In this document: in pieces, positions 13,666-26,290 of the stretch
Numbering within the stretch: the first letter of the stretch is position 1
Layout of the letters: each line of letters starts with the position of its first letter
Source: Lama guanicoe
Lineage: Eukaryota
Assembly (NCBI GenBank): GCA_013239625.1
Contig: MU053482.1
Coordinates: 4,177,922 to 4,241,921 of the forward strand
DNA: 64,000 bases
Direction of reading: 5' to 3'
The notes under the pieces: model-generated
Told to the model about the DNA's origin: nothing
The model's input: only the letters and a program-made list of their open reading frames with translations
Databases searched by the model: none
Translations under genes and position numbers: made by a program

Positions 13666-15332
13666 CCATATTTTTAATCAAGCTCGAACACGAACGTTTG
13701 AGAACACTTTAGCAGAGTGACAGCATCCTACACAGGAGCCAGACCCCGAAAGAGTGGAGCTTGTGTAGAAGACTGCTAAGGAGGCAAAGAAAAGGGACCC
13801 CGACTCCTACGCAGGTACCATTGGCAGAGCCTTCAGCCCTTGGCTTCTGAGAATAAGGGTCTAAAGTGGCTTGGATGAAGAAAGCAGTGTTCAACTGCCC
13901 CTTTCCTGCATTTGTGGAAATGCAGGACTGATCCCAAAGCAAAGATGCCTGCAGAGAAAGGGTCTGCGGGAGACGAGGCACCAGCACACAGAACCTGTGA
14001 CAGCCGCCGGGGAGGACAGTCTGAGAGCTCTCCTCTCAGGCTTCGTTTAGAGTCTGAAGCACCAGCGTCTCTTCCATCATGCGTTATCTCATTCAAGCCT
14101 CCAAACAATCCCAGAGGTAGGAATTACACATCCCAATTTTAGAGAGAAGGAAAATAGGGTTCACAGAGGCTAAGAACACACAGTGATGGAGCTTGAAAGG
14201 GGGGGAGCTGAGTCTGGCCCGAAGCCAATTTCTGCTGCCCTCGCCAGAGCCACTGTTCCAGGGAGGTGAGAAAAGCCAGGCCGCTGTTAACTGGAAGCTG
14301 CCTGTCAGATACCATTGCTGCCGTTGTTGCTGTTTTTATGACTTTCGTTTTAACTCACCGTCAGGGCACCTTCACACCTTGCAGCCTAGGCACGGTCAGC
14401 CCATTACCTCGTGTATCCTCAGTGACCGTGGGGCACACAGGGCAGGCCACGTCCTGATGTCCCCAAAGGACCCAGAGCCGAGAAGCGGCAGAACAGACAG
14501 AAAATCGAATCCTCTTACGTTTCATCCCATTTTGCGTTTATTCGCGTAGCTCCCTGATGTCAGGGGCTGAATCTGGCCCGTCACACCCTCCCTGCCCGTG
14601 GCCCAGGCTGGGCACCCCAGAAATGTTTGTTTACTGAGCTGAGTCAGCCTGACGTGAAATAAATGAAAGTCCTGTGCTGATTGGACTGATGCCCAAAAGA
14701 AGCCTGCCCAGGACATGGCCAGAGCCGCCTTCCCCATCAGGCTGGGCCAGTCTGCAGGGCTCAGCAGCTCTCAGCTAAGCTAGAGGTGGTTCACATCCTC
14801 CAGGAGTCACAGTCTCAACATCTCTGCCGCCCACTGGAGAACGCAGAGCAGGCTGGTCTCAGGGAGCTGCTATCGGTCACCTTCCCAACCCTATACAGGG
14901 GCCCTCCGGCCGGCACCAGACCCTGTGCTGCCATGCACCCCACCCCCCAGGGCTCTGCAAGCCCCAGGGTGTTGGGACCGAGTGCCACTGGGACCCATCG
15001 CCACATCCCTCATTGCCTCCAGCTGCCTCCCTGTTCGCCCACCTGCTCCTCCTGAGCGGGAGAAAGACGAGCTACTTCCTCCCAGAAGCAACTCTGGTTT
15101 CTGTGCCCTGGATTCCATCCTCTCCTCCCTCCTCAGAGGCCCTGTCCACATCCTGGCCTCAAAGAACTCAGGTGCCCCCTCCCCAGGCCAAGGGCCTCAT
15201 GTGCTTTCTCCTCAAACCAATTAAATCACCAGAGCTAAGGAAAGGCCACCTGGATTTCTTAAAAGCTCTCCAAGCAATTCTAATGTGCACTGAGGGTCTT
15301 GAGAACAACCTGCCTCTCCAAAGAGAGAGAAA

Positions 15333-15388
15333 TACAACACAACACACACAACACAATACAACATAACACAACATAACTGAACAACACA
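15333..15388. repeat. Imperfect (ACAAC)n microsatellite
   Basis: tacaacacaacacacacaacacaatacaacataacacaacataac. Confidence 0.85.
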
Positions 15389-16470
15389 GACCAGACTATC
15401 AAAGAAAATATCAGAGTACTTCGCGCAGTGTAAGAATGACTACCGTATCTTCAAAGTTTTGTTTCAGTAGTGCGTGCATGGCTCTGGGTGTGAGCAGGCG
15501 TGCCACCCTGGGTCAGGATGTAAACTCATTTCATTCTGCAGATTATGGTTAGTTGGTGGAATACATTGCACTCACTCCTGCTTTAGCTCCTGATTCTCCT
15601 TCACAGTCAAAACCCTGGACCCAAACGTCTACCTCCCCTCCTCTCTTCACCTGCAGCCCCACCCCCTTTACGGAAGCTTCCCTCTGCGGTTTCCATGAGC
15701 TGCACCTTCCAAACCCAGTGGCTCCTTCCCTGACTCCATGTCCCTCCGCCTGCCTGTGGGCTCCTTCAAACAGATGACTCTCGTCCCTGAAATTCTCTTT
15801 GTTCTTGGAGGCCATGTCATTGTACCCAGAATCTCCTGGCTGTCCCCTCTCTGTCTCTCACCAGCTAATCCTCTTTCTCCTGACTCTTAAACGTCTTAGG
15901 CCCAGTATCCTCTCAAGCTTCTATCTTCTGTTCTCCTCTCTTCTCTCTGCCACCCGCGCCCCCCAGCCAATGGCTTCAATTACTCTGTGTGTGAGACTCC
16001 AAATCCATGTCCTCTCTTGAGCTCCAGCTGTGTGGCTGGCTGGCTGGAAGGCAGTCTCCTGGGAACGGAGGTGGGGGCCGGGGAGAAATAACACGGCCAG
16101 GGCTCAACTCAGTCACACACTTGACCTTGTCAGGTAGGTGAGGCAAGCAGGGAGGTTCACCATCCTTGTTTACAGAGGGAGAACCCAAGACTCTAACAGT
16201 GGAGGGACACCTCCATGGTCACTCATCCGCATCAGAGAGGGTCCTAGAACCCAGGACTTCAGTCCGGAGCTCTTTTCCTTCACATCGTGTACCTAACACG
16301 TGCAAAAGCAAAGCTGCGTCCTAGTCACAAAACCAGACTTTCTCAACCAGAGCTGTGCAACAGAGTCATCAAGAACGCTTTTCAGAACAGAGATGGACAG
16401 ATTCCATCTCCAACTTTCTGAGATAGACTCTTCTGGGGGAGATCTGTGTTTGTTTATTTTAGCTTTATAT

Positions 16471-16629
16471 ATATTTTTTTTCTCCTTGGTACAAATTTTC
16501 AAATTTATTTAAGTACATAACTTCGCTAATATCCTAAATTACAGCAATAAAATGGCCAAAGATAATGAGTGTGCTTTAGACTTTTTAACGTCGTTCATAA
16601 TACAATTGTCAAGTGCTGTATTTAAGTTG
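16471..16629 (-). pseudogene. Short 5'-truncated retroposed fragment of unknown source (3'-UTR-like, with AATAAA and A-tail), flanked by a TSD
   Basis: Direct repeat ttagctttatat at 16459-16470 and 16630-16641; T-tract at 16474-16481; TTTATT (AATAAA on the minus strand) at 16504-16509, 22 nt from the tail. Confidence 0.65.
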
Positions 16630-16930
16630 TTAGCTTTATATTTTGAAGTCATTACAGATTCACAGGAAAGCACACAGAAATAGACAAGGAGGTGCCATGC
16701 ACCCTTCACCCCGCCTCCCCCAGGGTTAACACCTTACACAACAACGGGACGATAGCGAAACGAGGACACTGGTGTTGCCACAATCGCAAAGCTTTTCCAG
16801 GTCTCTCCAGTCACACGTGCACTCAGCTGGGCGTGTGTACATAGCTCCGTGTGATTTTGTCACGTGGAGCCTTGAGTAACCACCACCACAGTCAGGACAC
16901 TTAACTGTGCCATCACCGCAACACTCCCCA
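16630..16930 (-). mobile_element. Old L1M (L1MC-like) 3' UTR fragment
   Basis: tttatattttgaagtcattacagattcacagg...cacccttcacccc..cctcccc...accaccacagtcaggacac..aactgt.ccatcacc is typical of an L1MC 3' end in reverse orientation. Confidence 0.7.
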
Positions 16931-18514
16931 GAGCTCTGGGTCTGCAAGCCCCCATCCCTGATGAAGAACCACGGCACCCATGCCACTGCTCCTCCTGCCC
17001 CTCGTCCTGGGGAAGCATCGTCATGCTCTGAGTCTCCCTGGCTTGAGAGCTTGAGACTGAGTCATCACTCACCAGACTTCCTGTGGCTCACCTGCCTGCA
17101 GCCTGTTAGTCAAGAGATCCAACAGAGGCTTTCTTCATGGTATCTCTCAGGCCCACATCCTACCCTCGACCCTCACACCCACCACTACTCCAGGCCCCTG
17201 GATTTCTTATCTGTGCTATTGAAACTGCCTTCTCACCCAGTTCCCTTCTTCAGCGTGGTCTCTTCTCCGCAACCAATCACGTCGAGCACAGCCAAAGCTC
17301 TCCACTGCCCAGCCCTGACTGCATCACTCCTCTGACCCCAAACCTTTCCTGGTCATCACCGTTTACCAAGGAAAGTCTAAACTCTTTAAATTCAAATATG
17401 AAACCTTCTCTCTCTGGTTGACTTTCCTCATATAAACTTCTCCAACGCAACATCGGCTTTCCCCCTCTTTCCCACAGGGCTTAAGACAAAAGGGTGTCCT
17501 TCAGGCTGTGATAAAGGCCCCAGAATTCCCTTTTCCTCTTGCTTCGTTCCCTCTTTTGTGAGAGGAGGAAGTGGAGTGGAACGGGGCCTGGGGGTGCCTC
17601 TTGCTTGGGGGATACCCTCTCCCTCTCCCATCCTCAGTCTCCTTACAGTACCGGTGAGGGGGCCGGCTGGCCCGGGTGGAGCAAGGTGGGGTGTGGGCAG
17701 GCTAGTCACGCTGCTGTTGTATCAGCCACTGGGGACGGGAGCTTTCTCAGGCACCCACTCCTTGATCCAAGTGAGGTGGCAGTAGGTATCTGCTGGAGAC
17801 AGGGCAGCTGGACCCTTCCCGCTCCCTAACAACAGACCATCACCTTTACACCTACGCTGCCCATGTGCTGCTGTCCTTTGATGCCTTTTCCTTCCTGGAA
17901 CAATGAGAGTCGAGTGTTTCATAAGCAGTGCCCTGCAGAAAGAAAGCCCTAAAACCCGCTTCACAGCGCTGCTCCTACACTTCATACTACATGATGATAA
18001 AATGAAAAAGAAAATTTGCTGATGGAGATTAAATATATTTCATTATCTGATATGTTTCAGCTTTAATTGATAACAAAATACGAATTGCTCCTCTGAACAT
18101 CTCATTACGGCAACCGATTCATTGGGAAATTTACTACCTGACATCAGAGGAAGCGCTAAAGACAACACAAGCCCCATGACTCTGGGCTCCTGTGACCCAG
18201 CGGTCTACTTTTTAAAGTCATGCATTATCCATAGCACATCCATATTAATGGTCCCATCAAGAGCACTGGTTCTTAAATGCCTCAATACACGGGCTCTAAG
18301 TTTGGAGAATATTATGGGGATGGTATCTGTGAAGGGAATCAGAGGCCATGGAAACCAAGGGGAAAAGGTAGGTGGCAGCGGCTGGAGGAGAGGAGACGGT
18401 GACGTGAGGAATTCGACTGGGGCTTTATTAGGGCCAGATGGAAAGGGGAGCAGGGGATCTGGAAAAGAGGCTAGACCTTCAGCAGCTCTGTTGCTGTCAC
18501 TGCATTACACGTTC

Positions 18515-18600
18515 TCTACCATCCCCACCATCAGCACCACTGTGACCTCCACAACCAGCAGCACCATCCACACCTCCACCGTCATCACCACCACTGCTAA
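18515..18600. repeat. Degenerate (CAC/CAT)n low-complexity tract
   Basis: accatccccaccatcagcaccactgtgacctccacaaccagcagcaccatccacacctccaccgtcatcaccaccac. Confidence 0.75.
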
Positions 18601-18978
18601 GACAACATCAACGAGCAATCTTCCAGGCAAAGGCCACGAAACACAGCAAGTTGGAGTGATGCTTCACAGAAAAGGGTCACTGGAAGGGCTCACTCTGTAC
18701 GTGGAGGGGGTGGAGATCGGGGCTATTTATCTTATCATATTGCACTGGGATGTTAGGGGAGAGAGTTGACAGCCAGTAAGGAAAAGCCTGGGGCCCAAGA
18801 TCCTCTGGGATGAGGAGAGGGTGCTTTTGAGGAGGCACCACCATGAATCTCTCATCTCTGAGGCAACATCCCAGAGGAGGAGCAGCCACGGAGAACCTTG
18901 AGAGAGAGGACCCTGAGCAGAGGCTGAGCCCTCCACTCAGGGGTCGGCACGGAGCAGGGAGGGGAGCCGGGCACTCAC

Positions 18979-19145
18979 CGTTACTGCTGTTGTCGTCCAC
19001 CAGGATGATCTCCTTGAGCAGGTGGGAAGGCGTGCGCTCGATGGCTGAGTGGATGGAGCGCAGCAGCACGGAGAGTGCTTCGTTGACAAAGATGAACACG
19101 ATGCTCACCTCTGGGAGGCTGTCGGGGAATGAGAGGTTGCGGCAC
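18979..19145 (-). CDS. GALNT18: GALNT18 internal coding exon (probably exon 3), start of the GT-A catalytic domain: (G)[55 protein letters not shown]
   Basis: Core of ORF 18677..19390. Acceptor ctctcctttccag|G at 19146/19145, donor AACG|gtgagt at 18979/18978, 167 nt. Phase matches the upstream exon (GG+G = Gly). Carries the GalNAc-T motifs F.NEA.S.LLR.IHS and EIILVDD.S. Confidence 0.97.
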
Positions 19146-21585
19146 CTGGAAAGGAGAGCAGCAGGGCTCTTAGATCTGTCACTGACTTGGCCAGGGTCAC
19201 CCCAAGAGCTGAGTGACCCCAGGCACTGGCCCACCCATGTCTTGGCTCCAGCTTTGCTGGAGGACTTAGGAGTCCAGATGCTTCCCAAGGTCTCTTCTTT
19301 GATGCACTTCAGACAAACCCTAAGTGTACAGCAGACAGGCCCACCACCATTGAAACCAGTTTGCTCCACTCCCCAGTCTGAATTTGTCATTGACTATCCA
19401 GCTGAACAGTTGTACCATTAGTACCTAGTGCAGGGCCTGGAACCCAGCAGACAGTCACTGAGTGTTTACTCAATATTTCTAAATCCAATAGGATGGAAAA
19501 TGCAATCAAAAGAAAGTCTTCGTTTTTCCAAGATGGCAGCCAACGCCTGGGTGAGGCTAGACCTTAGATCATCTCCCTCAGGAGCAAAGCATGTCTCCTT
19601 CCAGAGACTCCTGCAGCCAGAACCCACTCTGCCTCACTCCAGAAGGCGTGCTGCCTTGGGCCTCTCCTACCTCTCATTCCTCTCAGGGATCCAGCCTCCA
19701 GAAACAGGTTGAAGCTAGAGTCAGAGTCTCAGCACAAATGAGGGACAAAAGGACAATTCCAATCTCACTTCACAGATGAAGACACTAAGGCTCAGAGAGG
19801 CTGGGTCTCACCATGCGTCAGCCACCAAGACAGAATCTCAACTCTGGTCTCCTGACATCTACACCAAGGTCCCTCCCTCAAGGAGACGTGGTCAGGGGAG
19901 TCTGTCCCTAAGTGTCCCATTTCCCCCCTAGCTCCACCGAAACCCTAAAGCCGTCTGGAGGTCTCTTACCTGAAGGATATGAGGCAAAATCATAAACGTC
20001 TACGCGCCACTCTCCATGGGAAGAGGAACACGCGGCCCTAAAATCAGACCCATCAAGAGGCCAGACAGTTCCAAGCGCCATGGTCCCCAAGAGAATGCCA
20101 GTTTGTCCATCTCCCCTGCAAGCACTGCCCAGAAAATGCAGTGGGTCTTCGTTCCTGGGTTATGTGTGTGCTCTCAAGGAGGAAGGAACTGAACTTAAGC
20201 AGCTGCAGATGGTTGAGATTCTGGAGATCGTTAACTCAACGGGAGAAGTGGAACAGGAGGAAGATTTTAGGTTTTACGTGCACAGTAGTATTTCATCCTA
20301 TCGGCCCCTGTCATCCCAGTAGACACCCTACATCTGCCCCATCTCTCATCAGAGTTGGCCTGCGGTGACTCCCATTTTGCCCTTCCCCGGTCAGGTCTCT
20401 GAGTTGTCCCAGCACCGGTGTCTCACCAGATACATGGGACGGAGAGTCCACCCGTTCAGTGTGGAGGTGTCTGCCCTGGGCGGTACCCGGTGGCCGGGCG
20501 CCTGGGTCAGCCTCGCTCAGTATGCCACTGCTTCCCTGCCTCTCGCAGGTGAAGGCAGCACTAAAGTTCTTGACATAAACTCGCCTCATAAACAGCTCAA
20601 AACAGTCTGGGGAGCTCTGCTGGGAGGCTCCCTGTGTGGCTGCTCCTGTCCCTGCACCGCCTTCTGAGTGCGGAGATCGATGAAGTCGACTTTATCATGA
20701 CCATCAATCCCGGCTTATTAGACAACCGTAGTACTCCCCTCTCAGAAATGCCTTGTTTTTATCTCTAGTGGAAAATGGCTCAACTTTGAACAAGAATAAA
20801 AGTAAAAAGGGAACTTTTATAGCTTAATTTTACAGGAGAATGTGCCTCTTCTCAAAATGAGTAAGGGATAGGTCTGGCACAGTCAAGCTTTCTCAAGAAG
20901 CAGAAATAGGGAAGGGCCAGTTACACATGCGCAGCTTCTCCGATCCTCACATCCCCTGGCCCTTCTCTGGAGAGGCGAGCGGAGAAGGGGGAGTACAGAG
21001 GCAGATGCCAGAGCCGGCGGGGATGGCAGGCTTGGGGAGCAGAAGGGGTGCTGGCCAGACCCTGGGGGACACAGGTGCTGGGGAGAACATCTCAGCCTGT
21101 GAATATGAGAGGCAAAGCCCTGCGGCGGGGGCTGGTGCTGGGTGAAGTGGCCAGACTCTGGAGCAGGAGCGTTGCACTTGGGTCTGGAACAGTCCTCTTC
21201 CATAGCAGCTCTTGGACACGTCTTCTTTCAGAAGGCCTGGGGCTGCCTCACGACAGGCAGGCTTCTGTCCTGAGTTCAGTGTCTGGCAGTGATGATGGCG
21301 GGTGTGACCGGGAGGTTTGAGGACATCTCGTCTGATGTGAAATTCTTCTTCCCTCTTTTGCCCTCTCCCCTCAGCCACGTAAGTTCTGCTTCGAGGTTGG
21401 GATGAAGATAGGATCCATGACTGTGTCTGTCAGTATGTGTGTGTTGGGCACTTTGAAAGGGTCATATCAATGTATTTAATAGATGCTGGGTAAATGCCTC
21501 TTGTTTGCCAGGAACAGGGCCAGATAGACTGTATATAGTTGTGGGCAAGATCTGTCCTTCCCTTCAGGTGCTTGTGGTCTAATCA

Positions 21586-21667
21586 TAAGATGACCAACCA
21601 TGCCGGTGTGCTTGGGACTCTCAGTGTTGAAACTGCGAGCTCCTGGGCGGACCACTATTGTCACTGA
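21586..21667. mobile_element. hAT-Blackjack MITE (MER81/MER94-like), degraded
   Basis: taagatgaccaaccatgccggtgtgcttgggact ... ttgtcactga resembles the tagggtgaccaac..cccggtttgcccgggact TIR pattern. Confidence 0.45.
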
Positions 21668-22369
21668 GCAGGGATGAGCGGATGATGGTGGTGAGCAGAT
21701 GTGTCTTGCAGCATTTGTGGTGACCAGGCACTGGCTGGGAGGAAGAAAAAGTTTGCAAACTATTTCTTTAGTGAGATGTCTTCCACTCGCCATATATAAG
21801 ATAGAGGACCCTGTACTGCATAGAGTAGATCCCTAAGTGACCATTTTTTCTGCCTCCCTTCCTCTAGGACAAGACCTGGAGGGGGGGAGGGGCTTGTCCG
21901 GATTATACAGCAAGTCGGGGCACAGCTGAGTCAGCACCTGGGTGGCTTTATTCCCTGCCCCCAATGCACTCTCCCTAAAAACTCTCCCTCCTCGTCTTAC
22001 CCTGCCTGCCCTTCACCTGTCTGCTCACCCAGACCCACGTTCAGGTTAGGTGCCACGCCGTGTAGAGAAAAAGCACCATGGCTATTACCAGGGCGGGGAT
22101 CTGAGCAGCTCCCAGGAAAGAAGGGGAGGAAGGAAGGATTTAAGGAGGTCAGGACACTTGGCCTGGAGGGATCACTTAATTACACTGCAAAGAAACTGCA
22201 AGCTGCTGGAGACTGAATATGAGAAATTGGGGCCATGAATCCAGGGGAGGGAGGGCAGAAGAGGAAGGACCAGCTGGTGGGAGAGGACTTGACTCCTTTA
22301 GGAGGAGGAGGTTTAAATGAAAAGAGCACGCTGACATCAGCAGCACACATGTAAAATGTAGGCTGCATA

Positions 22370-22682
22370 CAGGCATGCCTCGTTTTACTGCACTGTGCTT
22401 TATTGCACTTGGCAGATACTGCATTTTCTACAAATTGAAGGTCTGTGGCACCTCTGTGTTGTCATATGATGGTTAGCACTTTTCAGCAATAAAGTGTTTT
22501 AAAATTAAGTGGAATTTTTTTTAGACATAATGCTATTGCACACTTAATAGACTACAGTAGACTGGAAACATAACTTTAAATGCACTGGAAAACCAAAATA
22601 TTTGTGTGACTTGCTTTATTGCAATATTCACTTTATTGCAGAGGTCTGAAACTGAACCTGCAATAAGTCCAAGGTACGCGTG
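22370..22682 (-). mobile_element. Internally deleted Tigger1-type (TcMar) DNA transposon
   Basis: Both termini are present (TA-caggcatgcctcg ... caaggtacgcgtg), with Tigger1 subterminal motifs tagacataatgctattgcacacttaatagactacagta and tgtgtgacttgctttattgcaatattcactttattgc. Confidence 0.85.
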
Positions 22683-22993
22683 GATAAAATAAATAAACCT
22701 GTTAGTTTTGTTTAATTCCAAAAACCTACTATGTGCCAGATCCTGATTTAAGTTTGGGAGCCAGCACAGTAGCAAAATAAAGTTCTTGCTCTCAGGGAGG
22801 GTCATTACAGTAGAGGGAGACAATGAACACACACGAATGTGATGCTCTATACTAGGTGTCCTGTTCTGTTCAAGAGGGTTGTCATATAAAAACCTTGTTC
22901 CAAAGGGTCTTTCGTGTGAAAATAGTGATCAGCAGAGTTTAGCTTGTAAAACAAATGTAACATTTCCACTCTGCTTGGAGAAAGACCGTCCTA

Positions 22994-23038
22994 GACACAG
23001 CAGCTCCCGGACATGGCAGCTCCCGGACACAGCAGCTC
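22994..23038. repeat. 16-bp minisatellite, about 2.8 copies
   Basis: gacacagcagctcccg gacatggcagctcccg gacacagcagctc. Confidence 0.9.
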
Positions 23039-23699
23039 AAGTCATCAGGACGGCCGTGGCCATTACTGGGAGAAATTCAACTTGGTCTCCTTGGAAGGGG
23101 AGATGGGGTGGTTATGTTGAGAATTAAAAAGGGAAAAGGGGAGGGGAAGGCAGTTTACTCCTAACTCTGGGAAGCACTCGGGAACCATGGGCAGCTCCGG
23201 ATGGTGAGGCTCTGAGAATTCAGAGGGAGCCTCTGGAGAAGTGGGAACAGACGTAAGGTCACAGTCTTCATGGCTGGTGGAGCTAGTGGGGCAGACAGTA
23301 AACTTGTACTGATAAAGTGGCCGTATTAGAAGCTGTTCATTACACCTTCATAAGAGAAAATTAAAGGTCATGTGCCAGCAGTTTGACCACATATAGTAGC
23401 ACTTTTAAATGCAGTTAGCAAGTAGGCTGTGTGTTAGTACTTCTGTCAGTTTCCAAGCCGAAGGAAAGGCCGACTGCTGGTCTTGGTAGCCCTAAATAAG
23501 CACTAGCCAGAAGAATTATTTGACTGTTAACCACCAATCTTTTCAGTGTTGTTTTGACAACACAATTCACAACAACAACAAATTTTTGGAAAGGGTTTGA
23601 TGAGTTTAAGGAGTCAGTCTTGTCTCTTCATTAAGTCCCTCTGTCCCTCCACCTCCTCATCTTCCTCCCTTCACTGCAGTTTTATGAGCTCCTTCTCTC

Positions 23700-24064
23700 C
23701 ACAGCCTCCTCTCCAGCCACGGCACTGTTCCCTTGGCCCCACCGGGCCTTTGCACGGCTCAGGGTGGCACACCATCGTAAGCTTCTGAGCAGACCTCTCC
23801 CCCTCACAGAGCCCTTCCCTGACCACTCCTTCTAGAACAGTAGCCAGGGCACCACGCTGTCGTCGGACTCTGTGTTACTCTGCATCTCAGCACTGATATG
23901 AAATCATACCCTTTGTTTCCATGTTTGCCTGTTTCCCCCAACCAAACATAAGCTCCATGAGGACAGGCACTCTGTCCATGTCCCGCTGCACCCTCAGTGC
24001 AGTACCCACCTCATGGGAGAAACTCAAAAAATATTTCTTCCACTAAATACAAGAATGAATGAAT
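23700..24064 (+). mobile_element. L2 LINE 3' fragment
   Basis: gggcctttgcac...cccttccctgaccactcc...taagctccatgaggacagg...gaatgaatgaat terminus. Confidence 0.65.
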
Positions 24065-26290
24065 TCTACACCAATTTGTTACCCTAATGGCTTTACTCCA
24101 ATTCTAAACAGGAAGCAGGTTTGGGGAAAGGCTCGCCTTTCCCTTCCCCCGCTCCTCTTTGGTGAGAGAAAAAGAGAGCTGGAAATAGAATGCGAGAAGT
24201 TTCCGCAAATTTCTGGTCACCATAGAGACAGTGATTTTAGTTTATTAATCTCTTGCTCTTAAGCAGGCTGGGGCCCCACTGTGATTTCTCCAAATTGCTC
24301 AGCGCCGGTTATCCTGCAGCCTTCCTCATTAAGGAAGAGCTGGCCCGTCCCTGTCCTGCAGCTCTTTAATTACTGCCGAGCAAAGCCCTGTGCTGTTATG
24401 CTCATTATTGCACTTTCTCACCTGGCTACACCGTCTGCCTTGGAGCAATGCAGCTGGTCACCGCCCTGAACCCCTGAGCCTTCAGAGGCCAGTGGTGGGA
24501 GCAGGCAGCCTCCTCTCGGAGCCCAGGGCCTGGGACAGGGCTTTTGGTGCTGCCCTCTCCTTTCACTCAACTCTCCTGAAGACGGGAGCTCAGGGCCTTC
24601 TGAAACAGCACTGAGTTCCAGCCGGAGAAAGTCACCGGCAGTGGTTCCCCCGTTAGACTCTCACGGCCCTCTTCGCTTGTCCTTCATGCCACATATATGC
24701 TACTGCAATGTGTTTTTACATGATTATTTAATAGACGTCAGTGTCTCCACTAGACTATAAGCTGTGTGAGGTCAAGACCACCTCTGCTTTACTCACCAGG
24801 TACCCCTCATGCCTCACACAGTGTCCAGCACACTGTAAAAACTCAGAAATCACTGGCTGGCTGGCTAAGTGAACACAGGAGTCAATGCCTGAATAGTGCA
24901 CAGTGGAACGGGCACAGGCCTGTGAAAGCTCTGTGGGTGGGCATTCCACAGCGGCCTGACAGGCCAGGAATCATGGAATTGAGCATTCACTGCCTGCCCG
25001 ACTGCAGCAACAAGCCAGATCATCCAGTAAGCCAGAGGGGCGGTGGAGGCAGTGGGGATATCAGTGTGGCCAGGGGCTTCAAGGACCCAGCAAGACGCCA
25101 TATCTGGCTCCAGGGAGGAGACAATGGACATCTGAGAACGGGGAGTTTTAACAGTCAGTAAGGTAAGAGAAATGGGCCAGCCTGATCTAGGAACAGAATC
25201 GGACACACCAATCACTACAGGTAAAACTCTAAGCTGACGTGATCATCAAAATGTCCAGCTTTTATCAGAGGCAAAAGTTCTACAAACATCCTTTCTGGGG
25301 ACTCTACTGTTTCAGAGAAAAGAGCTGCTCGGCTCAACGTCAACTGCAAGGAGAACGAGAGGGAAACGAACCATTTACATGTAAACAGCCCATAGGAAGC
25401 AGAGTGGCCATCTGCTCCTAAAACATCTTATTAAAAATCCAGGGGAAATGGGATCCCTGGAAGGACATGGACAGCCACCCAGGGAACAACACTCAGCTGG
25501 CGCTGGTGGAAACGTCACGTAAGGGACTAAGCGTCTCCTGGTGGTGGGTTTGTTGGTGAGCAGGCCAGGCCCGGGGCAAGGACTGCTGAGGAGCGCAGGG
25601 TAGACGAAGGCAGGCCCTATGGCTCAGAAAAAGGAGGACGGGGCCTTCCTGCCCTAAAGCAGAGCCTGGCTCTGGCCTCTGATGCCTCAGACTCTGGGGC
25701 TGGGGAGAAATCACTCTGGCTGATCTGTCCTGCAGTGCCTGCCTGGCCCTCCTCTGATCGAGTGCCAGGGTGGAAGGCCTGTCCTGTGTGGCTCCTTGTC
25801 CGCCTCGTGGTCCTTTTGGTCATTAAAGTCATGACCGTGTCCCTCCAAGCCATCTTTTCTACAAATTAGAGACCCAGATGAAAAGTAGCAGCAAGTTCAA
25901 TAGCAGTTACTATGTTTCTGGCAATGTTTGAAGAGCTCTCAATAAATTACACATTTAATCTTTGAATCACCATCTCGAATTTACAGATAGGAAAACCAAC
26001 GCACAGAGAGGCGAGGTAACTTGCTGGAGGTCAGCCAGCTTATAAATGAGAGTCCAGCCTTGGGAGCCAGGGAATCAGACTTTAAATAATCTAGCAGTGA
26101 CTTCATCTGTTTGTCACATTACCCAGTTTTTCTTCAGAGTTGTCCTCCTGTAAACATATCACACTTTCTCTACATCCCATAAAACCCAAATCTGCAGTTG
26201 TGACTTGAACAGCAGAGAACAGAACTCTCATCTCCCCGTTTAGAGATATTAATACGGCTCAAGATTACATTCACTTTAAGAACATTGCTA

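Noticed and set aside
18122..18769. 215-aa ORF with a Thr/Ser-rich, mucin-like stretch antisense to a GalNAc-T gene
   Set aside because: The Thr run comes from a degenerate (CAC)n tract, the ORF starts at TTG, and there is no other coding signature.
18677..19390. 237-aa minus-strand ORF as a single-exon gene
   Set aside because: Only 18979-19145 is GalNAc-T-like and it is bounded by strong splice sites; the flanks are intron that happens to stay open.
18843..19421. 192-aa plus-strand ORF
   Set aside because: It is the antisense shadow of the GALNT18 exon in GC-rich DNA.
22994..23038. CRISPR-like or otherwise functional repeat array
   Set aside because: The units are directly tandem with no spacers, in eukaryotic intronic DNA; this is an ordinary minisatellite.
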